Origin: a virus
Taxonomy: Duplodnaviria; Heunggongvirae; Uroviricota; Caudoviricetes
IMG/VR virus record: IMGVR_UViG_2531839665_000018
DNA: 40,326 nucleotides
Reading direction: 5' to 3' (one strand)
Shown here: piece after piece, positions 1-7,157 of the stretch
How positions within the stretch are numbered: the first letter of the stretch is position 1
Layout of the letters: every line of letters begins with the position of its first letter
Notes under the pieces: generated by a model
The model's database searches: none
Seen by the model: only the letters and a program-made list of their open reading frames with translations
What the model was told of the DNA's origin: nothing
Translations under genes and position numbers: made by a program

Positions 1-993
1 CTAATCGATGGACAGTTTATGGACACTTTCAGCCAGCGGATTAAAGTTGATCGCGTCCTGTAAAAAGTCCGGCGAAAAATGAGCGTACGTCATTGTTTGC
101 TGAATCGTTGCGTGCCCCAGGATTCGTTGCAACGTAACAATATTTCCGCCATTCATCATAAAGTGTGTGGCAAATGTATGACGCATGACATGCGTAGCCT
201 GCCCCTTCGGCAAATCCGGTTTCACCTCCTGAAGAATCTCCCGGAACTTCAGATAATCAACCTGATACAATAACCCCGTTCGACGGGTTTTAATCAGAGG
301 CACGACCGAATCCGCCACAGGAACCGAACGGGATTTTCCGTTTTTGGTGTTAAAGAACGTCACCCGGTTGCCAACGATATGCTCTCCACGTAGTTCCGAT
401 GCTTCACTCCATCGGGCACCAGTAGAAAGACACAGAATGGCAACACGACGCGCATCACCCTCCAGTCGCTCAAGAAGCCGTTCAATCTCATCATCAGAAA
501 GAAAGGCCATCTCTGTGTTCTGAACTTTCAGTTTTCGTATACCGCGTACAGGGTTCGCGTTGTGAAAGACCTCAGCTTCAATCAGCACCGTGAACATGGT
601 AGACAGTACGCATAAGTCACGATTAATACTGGACGGCATTAATCCGGCCTGTAATTTCTCTGACCGATATTCAAGCATAAATTTTCGCGTCATCTGACTG
701 GCGCGAGGATCTCCCATTTCACGAACAACCTTCCCTAGCCTAACCCTGTAGCTATCCCCGTAAGCCTGATTACGCCCATCAAGCATCCACCACGCATCAA
801 GCAGCTCTGATAATCGCCGCTGATCAGCTGGCTTAGCCTGCCATGGCTTGTCATGAAAGTTCTGTAACACATACTTCTCAAACTCCTGAGCCTTTGATTT
901 CAGGGCAAAGATTTTTCGAACCCGCTTTCCTTCCGCCCCCTGCGGTCTGACATCGACCTGATAACGTCCGTCTTTGAGTTGCTTAATCGACAT
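1..993 (-). CDS. int: Phage integrase, tyrosine recombinase (P2 Int-like)
   Basis: 331-aa product starting MSIKQLKDGRYQVDVRPQG, the typical N-terminus of P2-family integrases; C-terminal region has the R..H..R..Y catalytic-type residues (HVMRHTFATHF, TYAHF). The track ORF extends 5 codons further upstream to a TTG at 1008. Confidence 0.9.
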   Translation of the reverse strand: MSIKQLKDGRYQVDVRPQGAEGKRVRKIFALKSKAQEFEKYVLQNFHDKPWQAKPADQRRLSELLDAWWMLDGRNQAYGDSYRVRLGKVVREMGDPRASQMTRKFMLEYRSEKLQAGLMPSSINRDLCVLSTMFTVLIEAEVFHNANPVRGIRKLKVQNTEMAFLSDDEIERLLERLEGDARRVAILCLSTGARWSEASELRGEHIVGNRVTFFNTKNGKSRSVPVADSVVPLIKTRRTGLLYQVDYLKFREILQEVKPDLPKGQATHVMRHTFATHFMMNGGNIVTLQRILGHATIQQTMTYAHFSPDFLQDAINFNPLAESVHKLSID

Positions 994-1062
994 GATTAGC
1001 CCCTCCAACGGATAAATTAACTAAACACTCCTTGCGATATGTAATTCGCTCAATGTGTAGAG

Positions 1063-1404
1063 TCAGCCAACATTGCGGCCTGATCGGGGTGATTTTTGGG
1101 TAATACCGATTGAAACCTGATCGCCCTCCGACTGAATAGATCCATCAAGAGAGAGAGCCGGAGCAATCTGCCCGGCGACAGGTAGCGTCTTATCTTTTAT
1201 TAGCCACAGCATGTATTTTTCAAAGCGATCGACTTGCAGAACCGCCTCAACGATTTTTGCTCTAGCGTTCTTTTGCCCCGATTCGTAATTCCTTATGGTT
1301 GCCAAAGACAACCCAGTAATATCCGCAAACTGCTTTTGTGTTAACCCTTCCGCCTTACGTATCTGACGTAACTTTTTTGCATAGTCTATTGACAAGATAA
1401 CCAT
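1063..1404 (-). CDS. Immunity repressor (P2 C / 186 CI-type, HTH_XRE)
   Basis: HTH segment LTQKQFADITGLSLATIRNYESGQ; same strand as int and directly upstream of it; divergent from the early operon. Start chosen at the third Met (MVILSIDYAKK); starts at 1437 or 1458 are possible. Confidence 0.7.
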   Translation of the reverse strand: MVILSIDYAKKLRQIRKAEGLTQKQFADITGLSLATIRNYESGQKNARAKIVEAVLQVDRFEKYMLWLIKDKTLPVAGQIAPALSLDGSIQSEGDQVSIGITQKSPRSGRNVG

Positions 1405-1450
1405 TTGAGTATTAACCTCTCGCACAAAGATAACCATTTGGTTATCTTTA
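1389..1450 (+). promoter_or_regulatory. Lysis/lysogeny switch region: candidate early promoter (-35 TTGACA 1389-1394, -10 TATTAA 1410-1415) flanked by direct repeats GATAACCATTTG (1396-1407, 1429-1440); second repeat sits in a 9-6-9 inverted repeat AAAGATAAC-N6-GTTATCTTT (1427-1450)
   Basis: Motifs read directly from sequence between the repressor start and the first early gene. Arrangement (two direct repeats bracketing the -10) matches the P2 operator paradigm. Confidence 0.45.
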
Positions 1451-1508
1451 CAAGCCAAAACAAACCATCACAAGGCGCGACAAGCGCACCAACGCAAGAG
1501 GATAACAA

Positions 1509-2030
1509 ATGCGGGACTTCATTGCCGATAAAGAGTTATCTGACCACCAACCACTTCAGGAAAGTGACGCACTCAGCGGATCCATTGATGCCGCCAACGA
1601 CGACGAACACGAAGAAAACAAGAAAAAGCGTTCCTACAAAAAAGGAGCGACTTTACGGCTGGATGGTCCGATCGCCGGGCTTTGCTCTCTGGAAAAAGGC
1701 GCGGCATATATTGGGCTAACAAAATCTGCACTGCGCGTAGCCATTCATCGCGGTCAAATGCCGGGACACAAGACGCGCACAAACCCGGAAGATGAAAACT
1801 CAGACGGAGTATGGTGGTTTAACGCCAAAGAGTGGGACAAGTTGGCTGATGAGCTACCAGAGCACGAGCCCCCAGAATGGCACAACTGGAAAAGTTACTG
1901 GACGTATGACCGCCAGAAAAGGAAGTTCTCTCCAGCTAATAAAGAAGACTGCCAGACCATTAACGGTAAGCGAGTTTATACAGGCAGAAGCTCAAAACTG
2001 AACCAACTCAGAAACAACAGAGGCAACTAA
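1509..2030 (+). CDS. Cox/Apl-like early DNA-binding protein with N- and C-terminal extensions
   Basis: First gene of the early operon; RBS AAGAGGA before ATG; central segment AAYIGLTKSALRVAIHRGQMP...GVWWFNAKEW resembles the Cox HTH core, but the 173-aa length is about twice that of Cox/Apl. Confidence 0.45.
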   Translation: MRDFIADKELSDHQPLQESDALSGSIDAANDDEHEENKKKRSYKKGATLRLDGPIAGLCSLEKGAAYIGLTKSALRVAIHRGQMPGHKTRTNPEDENSDGVWWFNAKEWDKLADELPEHEPPEWHNWKSYWTYDRQKRKFSPANKEDCQTINGKRVYTGRSSKLNQLRNNRGN

Positions 2031-2034
2031 TCGT

Positions 2035-2457
2035 ATGAAAACAAACACGTCAGATTTCACAATAACTATTTCAAAAAATGACCAAGCATTAATTGATAAC
2101 CTGAAATACCTTGCGGAAAAACATAATAACGGACGAATTGCAATTAATTTACGACACATCACAGGAGTAACAATTGTAACCAGTTACTGGCATCTATATC
2201 TAATCGCTAAATCAGTACTGGAAAACAAAGATTCTGTTGTCAATGGAAGAGATGTAGATACTCTTCCTGCACAAATCAAACCGATAGCCTATCAATTGCG
2301 TAATCGTTTTAAAAATGAAGGTGGGATTATATTTGACTTTCCCGCAGCTGTAGCCGTGAGCTTCTCTCGGGAGGATATACTTCACTCATTTCGTTTTGCT
2401 CTATCAGGTGACGAGACATTATGGCAGCTAGAAGATGCCGGGAGCAGCCCGGCATAA
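2035..2457 (+). CDS. Hypothetical protein (AT-rich accessory gene)
   Basis: 140-aa ORF in a locally AT-rich segment; no recognisable motif. Confidence 0.5.
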   Translation: MKTNTSDFTITISKNDQALIDNLKYLAEKHNNGRIAINLRHITGVTIVTSYWHLYLIAKSVLENKDSVVNGRDVDTLPAQIKPIAYQLRNRFKNEGGIIFDFPAAVAVSFSREDILHSFRFALSGDETLWQLEDAGSSPA

Positions 2458-2463
2458 ATCAAA

Positions 2464-2655
2464 TTAAAAATCAACCAGTTGTGTGACAGGTGGGTATTTA
2501 CGCTGAATTTTGTCAGTTACTAACGCCAGTAATATATGAATCTCTGCGTTTAATGCGTCTTTATCACCCGTCGTTTTTACCCTAGGAGGGTTAATGTTAT
2601 CCAGAGCAGCACTAAGGTCACTCAACAAATTAACAACTTTTTTATCTTCTGACAT
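2464..2655 (-). CDS. Hypothetical small protein, convergent with the upstream gene
   Basis: 63-aa ORF on the opposite strand with a good RBS (GAGG, 5 nt spacer, ATG); stop codons of the two genes are 6 bp apart. Confidence 0.4.
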   Translation of the reverse strand: MSEDKKVVNLLSDLSAALDNINPPRVKTTGDKDALNAEIHILLALVTDKIQRKYPPVTQLVDF

Positions 2656-2790
2656 GAAAACCTCTAAACAATTTAATTAAACATAAGCCAGGACCTGAAC
2701 CGGCCAGTCCAAGTCCTAGACACACAAAAAATACCACAAATCAATACAAGGTGACACGAGTACACCTTACCGAAGGTACAGAGTTTTAAT

Positions 2791-3141
2791 ATGAAACTAC
2801 AGCGCAATTCTTCACAGCCGCGCTTCCGCAACGGTGCGGAACGCCACGCTAACCGTTTCGCTACCAGTGCATCACGTAGCAACTCTCGCTACAGCCTGAG
2901 CGAAACACACGCAACGCCGGATGGCTACCCAGTAAAACAAATCGGCGAGCATACCTGGCTGATTGAGAAAGCTGGAATTGTGGTCCACAAATGCCCACGC
3001 AATCCGTTTACCGGAAACCGCATTTTTGCATTGAGCTGTGGCGACAATCAGTTTGGGCAGGATTTCACATTATACGAAGCACTTCGCACGGTTGATCGTC
3101 TGCTTCGCGGGCAAAGTTTTATTAAACAGGCTGATTTATAA
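2791..3141 (+). CDS. Hypothetical early protein
   Basis: 116-aa ORF in the early operon; no recognisable motif. Confidence 0.5.
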   Translation: MKLQRNSSQPRFRNGAERHANRFATSASRSNSRYSLSETHATPDGYPVKQIGEHTWLIEKAGIVVHKCPRNPFTGNRIFALSCGDNQFGQDFTLYEALRTVDRLLRGQSFIKQADL

Positions 3142-3151
3142 CGGGTGCTTT

Positions 3152-3439
3152 ATGACCAAAGACCATGCACAAGGTGTATTTATCCGTTTTATTGATTTTC
3201 GCGGTGAACTGTTATTACGTGCATCCGCTATTGACGGAGTGACTCCGGCGGGTAAAAACGGAGCCGACGAAGCCACTTACGTTTATCTGAACGGCACGCG
3301 ACTGCTTGTGGAACTTCCGTACCAGACCGTACGAGAAATCATTAGCGAAGCTGAAAAGGCACGCCAAGTTAATGGCGATGAACCCTATATCGAAATTATT
3401 TGTATGGATTCAGAAGCTGAAATTCAGAAAGCAGATTAA
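3152..3439 (+). CDS. Hypothetical early protein
   Basis: Internal ATG at 3152 of the track ORF 3038..3439 chosen because it follows the stop of the upstream gene; 95 aa. Confidence 0.45.
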   Translation: MTKDHAQGVFIRFIDFRGELLLRASAIDGVTPAGKNGADEATYVYLNGTRLLVELPYQTVREIISEAEKARQVNGDEPYIEIICMDSEAEIQKAD

Positions 3440-3450
3440 AGGGCGTTGCG

Positions 3451-3693
3451 ATGGGCAAAGAATATAAAACTCTCATTAATAAAGCACTTGAGCGTTTTTA
3501 TTTTCGCTTAAGTGCATCAGGCGCTCATGCTGAACGTGCAGCCCGTGACTCATTGACCAGGGCAATCCGGAGTCTGTATGACGTGGCTTTTTACGCTGAT
3601 GATCTGGATGCACTTAACGAACTTTCCGAGCTGATCTGTGCCGCAGAATGCGGGGAACATATTGAACCGTATAAGCTGGGGAATATTGCATGA
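3451..3693 (+). CDS. Hypothetical early protein
   Basis: 80-aa ORF, same strand, tightly packed in the early operon. Confidence 0.5.
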   Translation: MGKEYKTLINKALERFYFRLSASGAHAERAARDSLTRAIRSLYDVAFYADDLDALNELSELICAAECGEHIEPYKLGNIA

Positions 3694-3803
3694 GTATATT
3701 TATCTCATGGCTTGTTCTGATTATTTCGGTGGCCTGCGCCATTGGGATTATGCGAATTATTCATTCAGTAAAAAAGATTGAACGCTTTTTCACTGGTGAA
3801 TAA
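3690..3803 (+). CDS. Putative small membrane protein (37 aa), not in the ORF track
   Basis: ATG overlaps the upstream stop (ATGA); product MSIFISWLVLIISVACAIGIMRIIHSVKKIERFFTGE has one hydrophobic helix. Below the 60-aa track cut-off. Confidence 0.3.
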   Translation: MSIFISWLVLIISVACAIGIMRIIHSVKKIERFFTGE

Positions 3804-3896
3804 CGATACAAATAAAACATCAAATTAAATAAGAAAACGTGAAAACCATCCGTATTAACGGGGGTATTCGCACACGCAAATAACGGAGATACAAAA

Positions 3897-4307
3897 ATGC
3901 ACGCAAAAGAAGAAGGTATCATCAGAGCACTGAAAGAAATTTCAAAGACAGAAAACGAAGTAGCGAAAAAAGCCGTGGCAAATGCACATATGGACGTCGC
4001 AACCCACACACTGATAGTCGCAAGAGTCACGGCAGAAGCAGCCGAAATTATCGCAAAACAGGATGCTGAACTGGCGGTTCTCAGAACACAACCAGTCACC
4101 GGACTGGATTTGTCTAACACCGGACGCCTTATTTACACAATTGGCTCGGAGCTACAGCGATACACCATTATCGCCGGATTACAGGATAAATACCTGATCA
4201 CTCCTCACCCCATAAGGGAATCAGAGATTCTGACAAATCTCCGCCTGATAGAGCGCTCTCAAGTTGCATTCATTGATGACGCCCAACACACCGTATTTAA
4301 CGCATAG
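3897..4307 (+). CDS. Hypothetical early protein
   Basis: 136-aa ORF. Confidence 0.5.
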   Translation: MHAKEEGIIRALKEISKTENEVAKKAVANAHMDVATHTLIVARVTAEAAEIIAKQDAELAVLRTQPVTGLDLSNTGRLIYTIGSELQRYTIIAGLQDKYLITPHPIRESEILTNLRLIERSQVAFIDDAQHTVFNA

Positions 4308-4330
4308 GGTTACTGGACAAAGGGGGCGCA

Positions 4331-4534
4331 ATGGCAATTAAGCGTTTTTCCGTCATTCGTTTCACCTCCAGAGGGCGTGAATACGAAGTTGACGAACGGC
4401 TGATTAAAACGATCGACCGTCACCGTTCGCAACCTGACGCGCATCACATTTATCTCACTGACGACACTTACTTCTGCGCCACCAACGTGGTGCAGGTGAA
4501 TCTTATCAGACTGGTACAGGAGTCACGCAGATGA
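4331..4534 (+). CDS. Hypothetical early protein
   Basis: 67-aa ORF; stop overlaps the start of the next ORF. Confidence 0.4.
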   Translation: MAIKRFSVIRFTSRGREYEVDERLIKTIDRHRSQPDAHHIYLTDDTYFCATNVVQVNLIRLVQESRR

Positions 4535-4776
4535 CCATTCTGGACTACATCGCCGCCAATCCGGGTTGTAGCGGTGGAGAAATCGCCGCAGCACTGAATA
4601 CCCCAACCACAGCCATTAATGCGGAGTTACGCCGACTCTGGCGCAGCGGTTCAGTCATAAGAAAAGAGCGCAAAACAGGTGGTCGCTTTTCTTACCAGGT
4701 AAACCCGATGCAGTTCGGGTGTGGCAACCCGCTTACTCACTTGTTTAACCAGCTACTGAAGGAAGCCAGAGCATGA
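4531..4776 (+). CDS. Putative winged-helix DNA-binding protein
   Basis: 81 aa; N-terminal MTILDYIAANPGCSGGEIAAALNTPTTAINAELRRLWRSGSV looks like a wHTH; translationally coupled to neighbours. Confidence 0.45.
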   Translation: MTILDYIAANPGCSGGEIAAALNTPTTAINAELRRLWRSGSVIRKERKTGGRFSYQVNPMQFGCGNPLTHLFNQLLKEARA

Positions 4777-5072
4777 GCACCATCAACCACCAGGAACTAC
4801 GCGAACTGGCGACTGACCTGCAACGAATGGCAACGCATCAAAAATTACTGGCGTTTCGCGCAATGCTCTCGCCGTCTGCTGTGCTGGCACTGCTGGATGA
4901 GCTGGAGCACGCCAGAACCATGGCTCCAGCCATTCGCCTGACGCTCCATCATGAAATCGCTGATTTCTGCGCAACGCTGGGTTCACCTGGCGAACCGGAA
5001 ACACCGGAAGCAATACAGCGCGAGTTATTACAACGCATCAATAACGTTTTTGATTTTTTCCTTAACCAGTAA
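4773..5072 (+). CDS. Hypothetical early protein
   Basis: 99-aa ORF, start overlaps the upstream stop. Confidence 0.45.
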   Translation: MSTINHQELRELATDLQRMATHQKLLAFRAMLSPSAVLALLDELEHARTMAPAIRLTLHHEIADFCATLGSPGEPETPEAIQRELLQRINNVFDFFLNQ

Positions 5073-5083
5073 GGGATCGCAGC

Positions 5084-5287
5084 ATGAACAAAAAGACCTG
5101 GTTTCGCGCATACATGTGGGCGCTGGTATGCGTCCTCGTTTCTCTCATTCTGTATGCAGGACTACTCCCCCGAATGATTTCATCAGACAGCTCCTTCCTG
5201 GTATTGCTGGGCATTTTCATTGCCATGCTGTACCCGGCAGGCGTTGTTCGCCTTTTCAGTAAGTACATCAAGGAAATCAAACAATGA
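5084..5287 (+). CDS. Small membrane protein (two predicted TM helices)
   Basis: 67 aa, two hydrophobic stretches; stop overlaps the start of the SPFH gene (ATGA). Confidence 0.5.
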   Translation: MNKKTWFRAYMWALVCVLVSLILYAGLLPRMISSDSSFLVLLGIFIAMLYPAGVVRLFSKYIKEIKQ

Positions 5288-6114
5288 AGAAACTCAAACT
5301 CTTTCAGATTATCCCGCTTTTTGCCGCCATCCTGCTGGTTGGTTGCGATCGCGTTGAGCCAGGTAATGTGGGCATCAAAGTCAACAAACTGGGCGACGAC
5401 AAAGGCGTCGGCGAAGTGGTTGGCGTTGGCCGCTACTGGACTGGCTGGAATACCGAGGTTTACATCTTCCCGACCTTCAAACAAATGAAGACCTACGATG
5501 AGCCGTTCAGCTTCCAGATGAGTGACGGCACAACCATCGGCTATCACATCGGTGTGGCCTACAAGGTTGAACCATCAAAAGTTACTACAGTGTTTCAGAC
5601 CTACCGCAAAGGCGTGGATGACATTACCGACACTGACCTGCGCCAGAAGATCGCCGATGCACTCAACCGACTGGCCAGCAAAATGACCACCGACAAATTT
5701 ATCGACGGCGGGAAATCTGAACTACTGGATGCAGCTCTTAAAGACATTCAGGAGGAAATGACACCCATCGGCATTCAGGTAATGAGCCTCTCTTATGTCG
5801 GTAAACCGGAATATCCGCCAACCGTTATCGACAGCATTAACGCCAAAGTCACGGCAAACCAGAAAACCCTGCAACGCGAACAGGAAGTCAAGCAACGCGA
5901 AGCAGAAGCCAACATGTTGCGCGCAGAAGCTGCCGGACAGGCTGATGCCATTCGCACAAAAGCCCAGGCTGAAGCCGACGCCATTCGTTTACGCGGCGAA
6001 GCTCTGCGCCAGAATCCCGGCGTTATGGAGCTGGAAGCAATCAACAAATGGAACGGCACGCTGCCGCAATACATGACCAGCAACACCGCTGTTCCGTTTG
6101 TTCCGGTGAAGTAA
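5284..6114 (+). CDS. SPFH/band-7 (stomatin/HflK-like) domain lipoprotein
   Basis: Lipoprotein signal peptide with lipobox LLVGC; C-terminal Ala/Glu/Gln/Arg-rich coiled-coil-like tail (QREQEVKQREAEANMLRAEAAGQADAIRTKAQAEADAIRLRGE) typical of SPFH proteins. Family call made by eye, no HMM. Confidence 0.7.
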   Translation: MKKLKLFQIIPLFAAILLVGCDRVEPGNVGIKVNKLGDDKGVGEVVGVGRYWTGWNTEVYIFPTFKQMKTYDEPFSFQMSDGTTIGYHIGVAYKVEPSKVTTVFQTYRKGVDDITDTDLRQKIADALNRLASKMTTDKFIDGGKSELLDAALKDIQEEMTPIGIQVMSLSYVGKPEYPPTVIDSINAKVTANQKTLQREQEVKQREAEANMLRAEAAGQADAIRTKAQAEADAIRLRGEALRQNPGVMELEAINKWNGTLPQYMTSNTAVPFVPVK

Positions 6115-6120
6115 TTAAAC

Positions 6121-6166
6121 CCGGCCAGTGAAAATCGCTGGCCGGAGCAGTATCAGGATTTTTTTA
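6121..6166 (+). terminator. Candidate intrinsic terminator after the SPFH gene
   Basis: CCGGCCAG / CTGGCCGG 8-bp stem with 9-nt loop, then a T-run at 6159-6165 (13 nt from the stem, so marginal). Confidence 0.35.
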
Positions 6167-6282
6167 GTATGCCGTTCTCACAAAAAAACCGCTTGCCATG
6201 CCGCAATCAGTCAGGTTACATTTCCGCTGCACCTCATAAAACGGGTGCCGGGATTCTCAACCCGATACAGAGCAAAGCGCAT

Positions 6283-6303
6283 AACCGCGCAAGCGGTTTT
6301 TTT
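6283..6303 (+). terminator. Candidate intrinsic terminator (GNRA-type loop)
   Basis: AACCGC-GCAA-GCGGTT stem-loop followed by seven T. Confidence 0.4.
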
Positions 6304-6482
6304 GTGCGTACTGTATTGCCACGTCTTTTTCGCGTCAGAATTATGGCGGGGCGTACGGGGCCGACTTCGGTCGGGCCGGATTCTTTGCTCTCCGGTGTTG
6401 AGAACCCTGTACGTCTCGCCACCCCGAGATTCTCAACTCTGGATGGTGAGTTATTTCTATCACCGAGCAAAGAGGCCACACC

Positions 6483-6713
6483 ATGGCAGACCGCAAACAG
6501 CACCGCGCTATCGCGGAGCGTCGTCACATCCAGACTGAAATCAACCGCAGACTTTCCCGCGCATCACGCGTCGCGCAAATCATGCACATCAATATGCTGC
6601 ATGAGCGCAGCCACGCACTATCAAACATTTATTCCGCCTCTGTTTTCAGCTATCTGGCGGATGATCTGCACGAGCTTCAACAGCTCATCCAGCAGCAAAA
6701 CAAACTCCATTAA
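6483..6713 (+). CDS. Hypothetical protein
   Basis: 76-aa ORF with RBS AGAGG upstream. Confidence 0.45.
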   Translation: MADRKQHRAIAERRHIQTEINRRLSRASRVAQIMHINMLHERSHALSNIYSASVFSYLADDLHELQQLIQQQNKLH

Positions 6714-6785
6714 TTCCTGTTCCGGGCCTTTCCTGCACCTTGCGGCGGGAGGCCTTCGCACATCTGTAACAAGAGGATTGCCGCA

Positions 6786-7151
6786 ATGATTCTCGCCAAC
6801 GACTTTCTTGAATACCTGCTCGACACAGAACGTGATCTTGCCGCTCGCGTGCGTGATCGTTATGACATGTACCTGAAATCCCTGCCTGTACCGCAGCTCG
6901 CTAACGGAAAGATTGTTATTGATGGTCGCTACATGATTGACAGCCACGAGGGAAATTACAGGCTTTACCGCATTGAAGGTGGCACCCCGTCCGTTATTGG
7001 CATTTACCAGCGCCCATCCTCTGCAATCGTCGATGTGATTGCCGACAGCATCCGCATCACACATCGCCATGCCGACACAGAAGACACCGTGCTGGAAATT
7101 CAGCGGCTGGCTACAGTCTGCCGCGACACCCTGAATGGCATGACGAAGTAA
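6786..7151 (+). CDS. Hypothetical protein upstream of A
   Basis: 121-aa ORF immediately before the replication gene. Confidence 0.5.
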   Translation: MILANDFLEYLLDTERDLAARVRDRYDMYLKSLPVPQLANGKIVIDGRYMIDSHEGNYRLYRIEGGTPSVIGIYQRPSSAIVDVIADSIRITHRHADTEDTVLEIQRLATVCRDTLNGMTK

Positions 7152-7157
7152 ATCACT

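Noticed and set aside
79-273. 64-aa plus-strand ORF inside the integrase gene
   Set aside because: Antisense to a well-supported integrase CDS, no RBS, compositionally unremarkable; likely a chance ORF.
1405-1719. 104-aa ORF overlapping the switch region and the cox-like gene
   Set aside because: Alternative frame of the cox-like gene; begins inside the operator/promoter region with no RBS.
6115-6482. Retron msr/msd hypothesis for the 18-bp inverted repeats
   Set aside because: Retron ncRNAs are flanked by such inverted repeats, but no reverse transcriptase ORF is adjacent; downstream genes are small unknown ORFs and A.
6128-6789. ORFs 6128..6538, 6169..6789 and 6234..6527 in the structured non-coding region
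   Set aside because: Mutually overlapping, no ribosome-binding sites, products Arg/Ser/Pro-rich and low complexity; the region is better explained by RNA structure and repeats.
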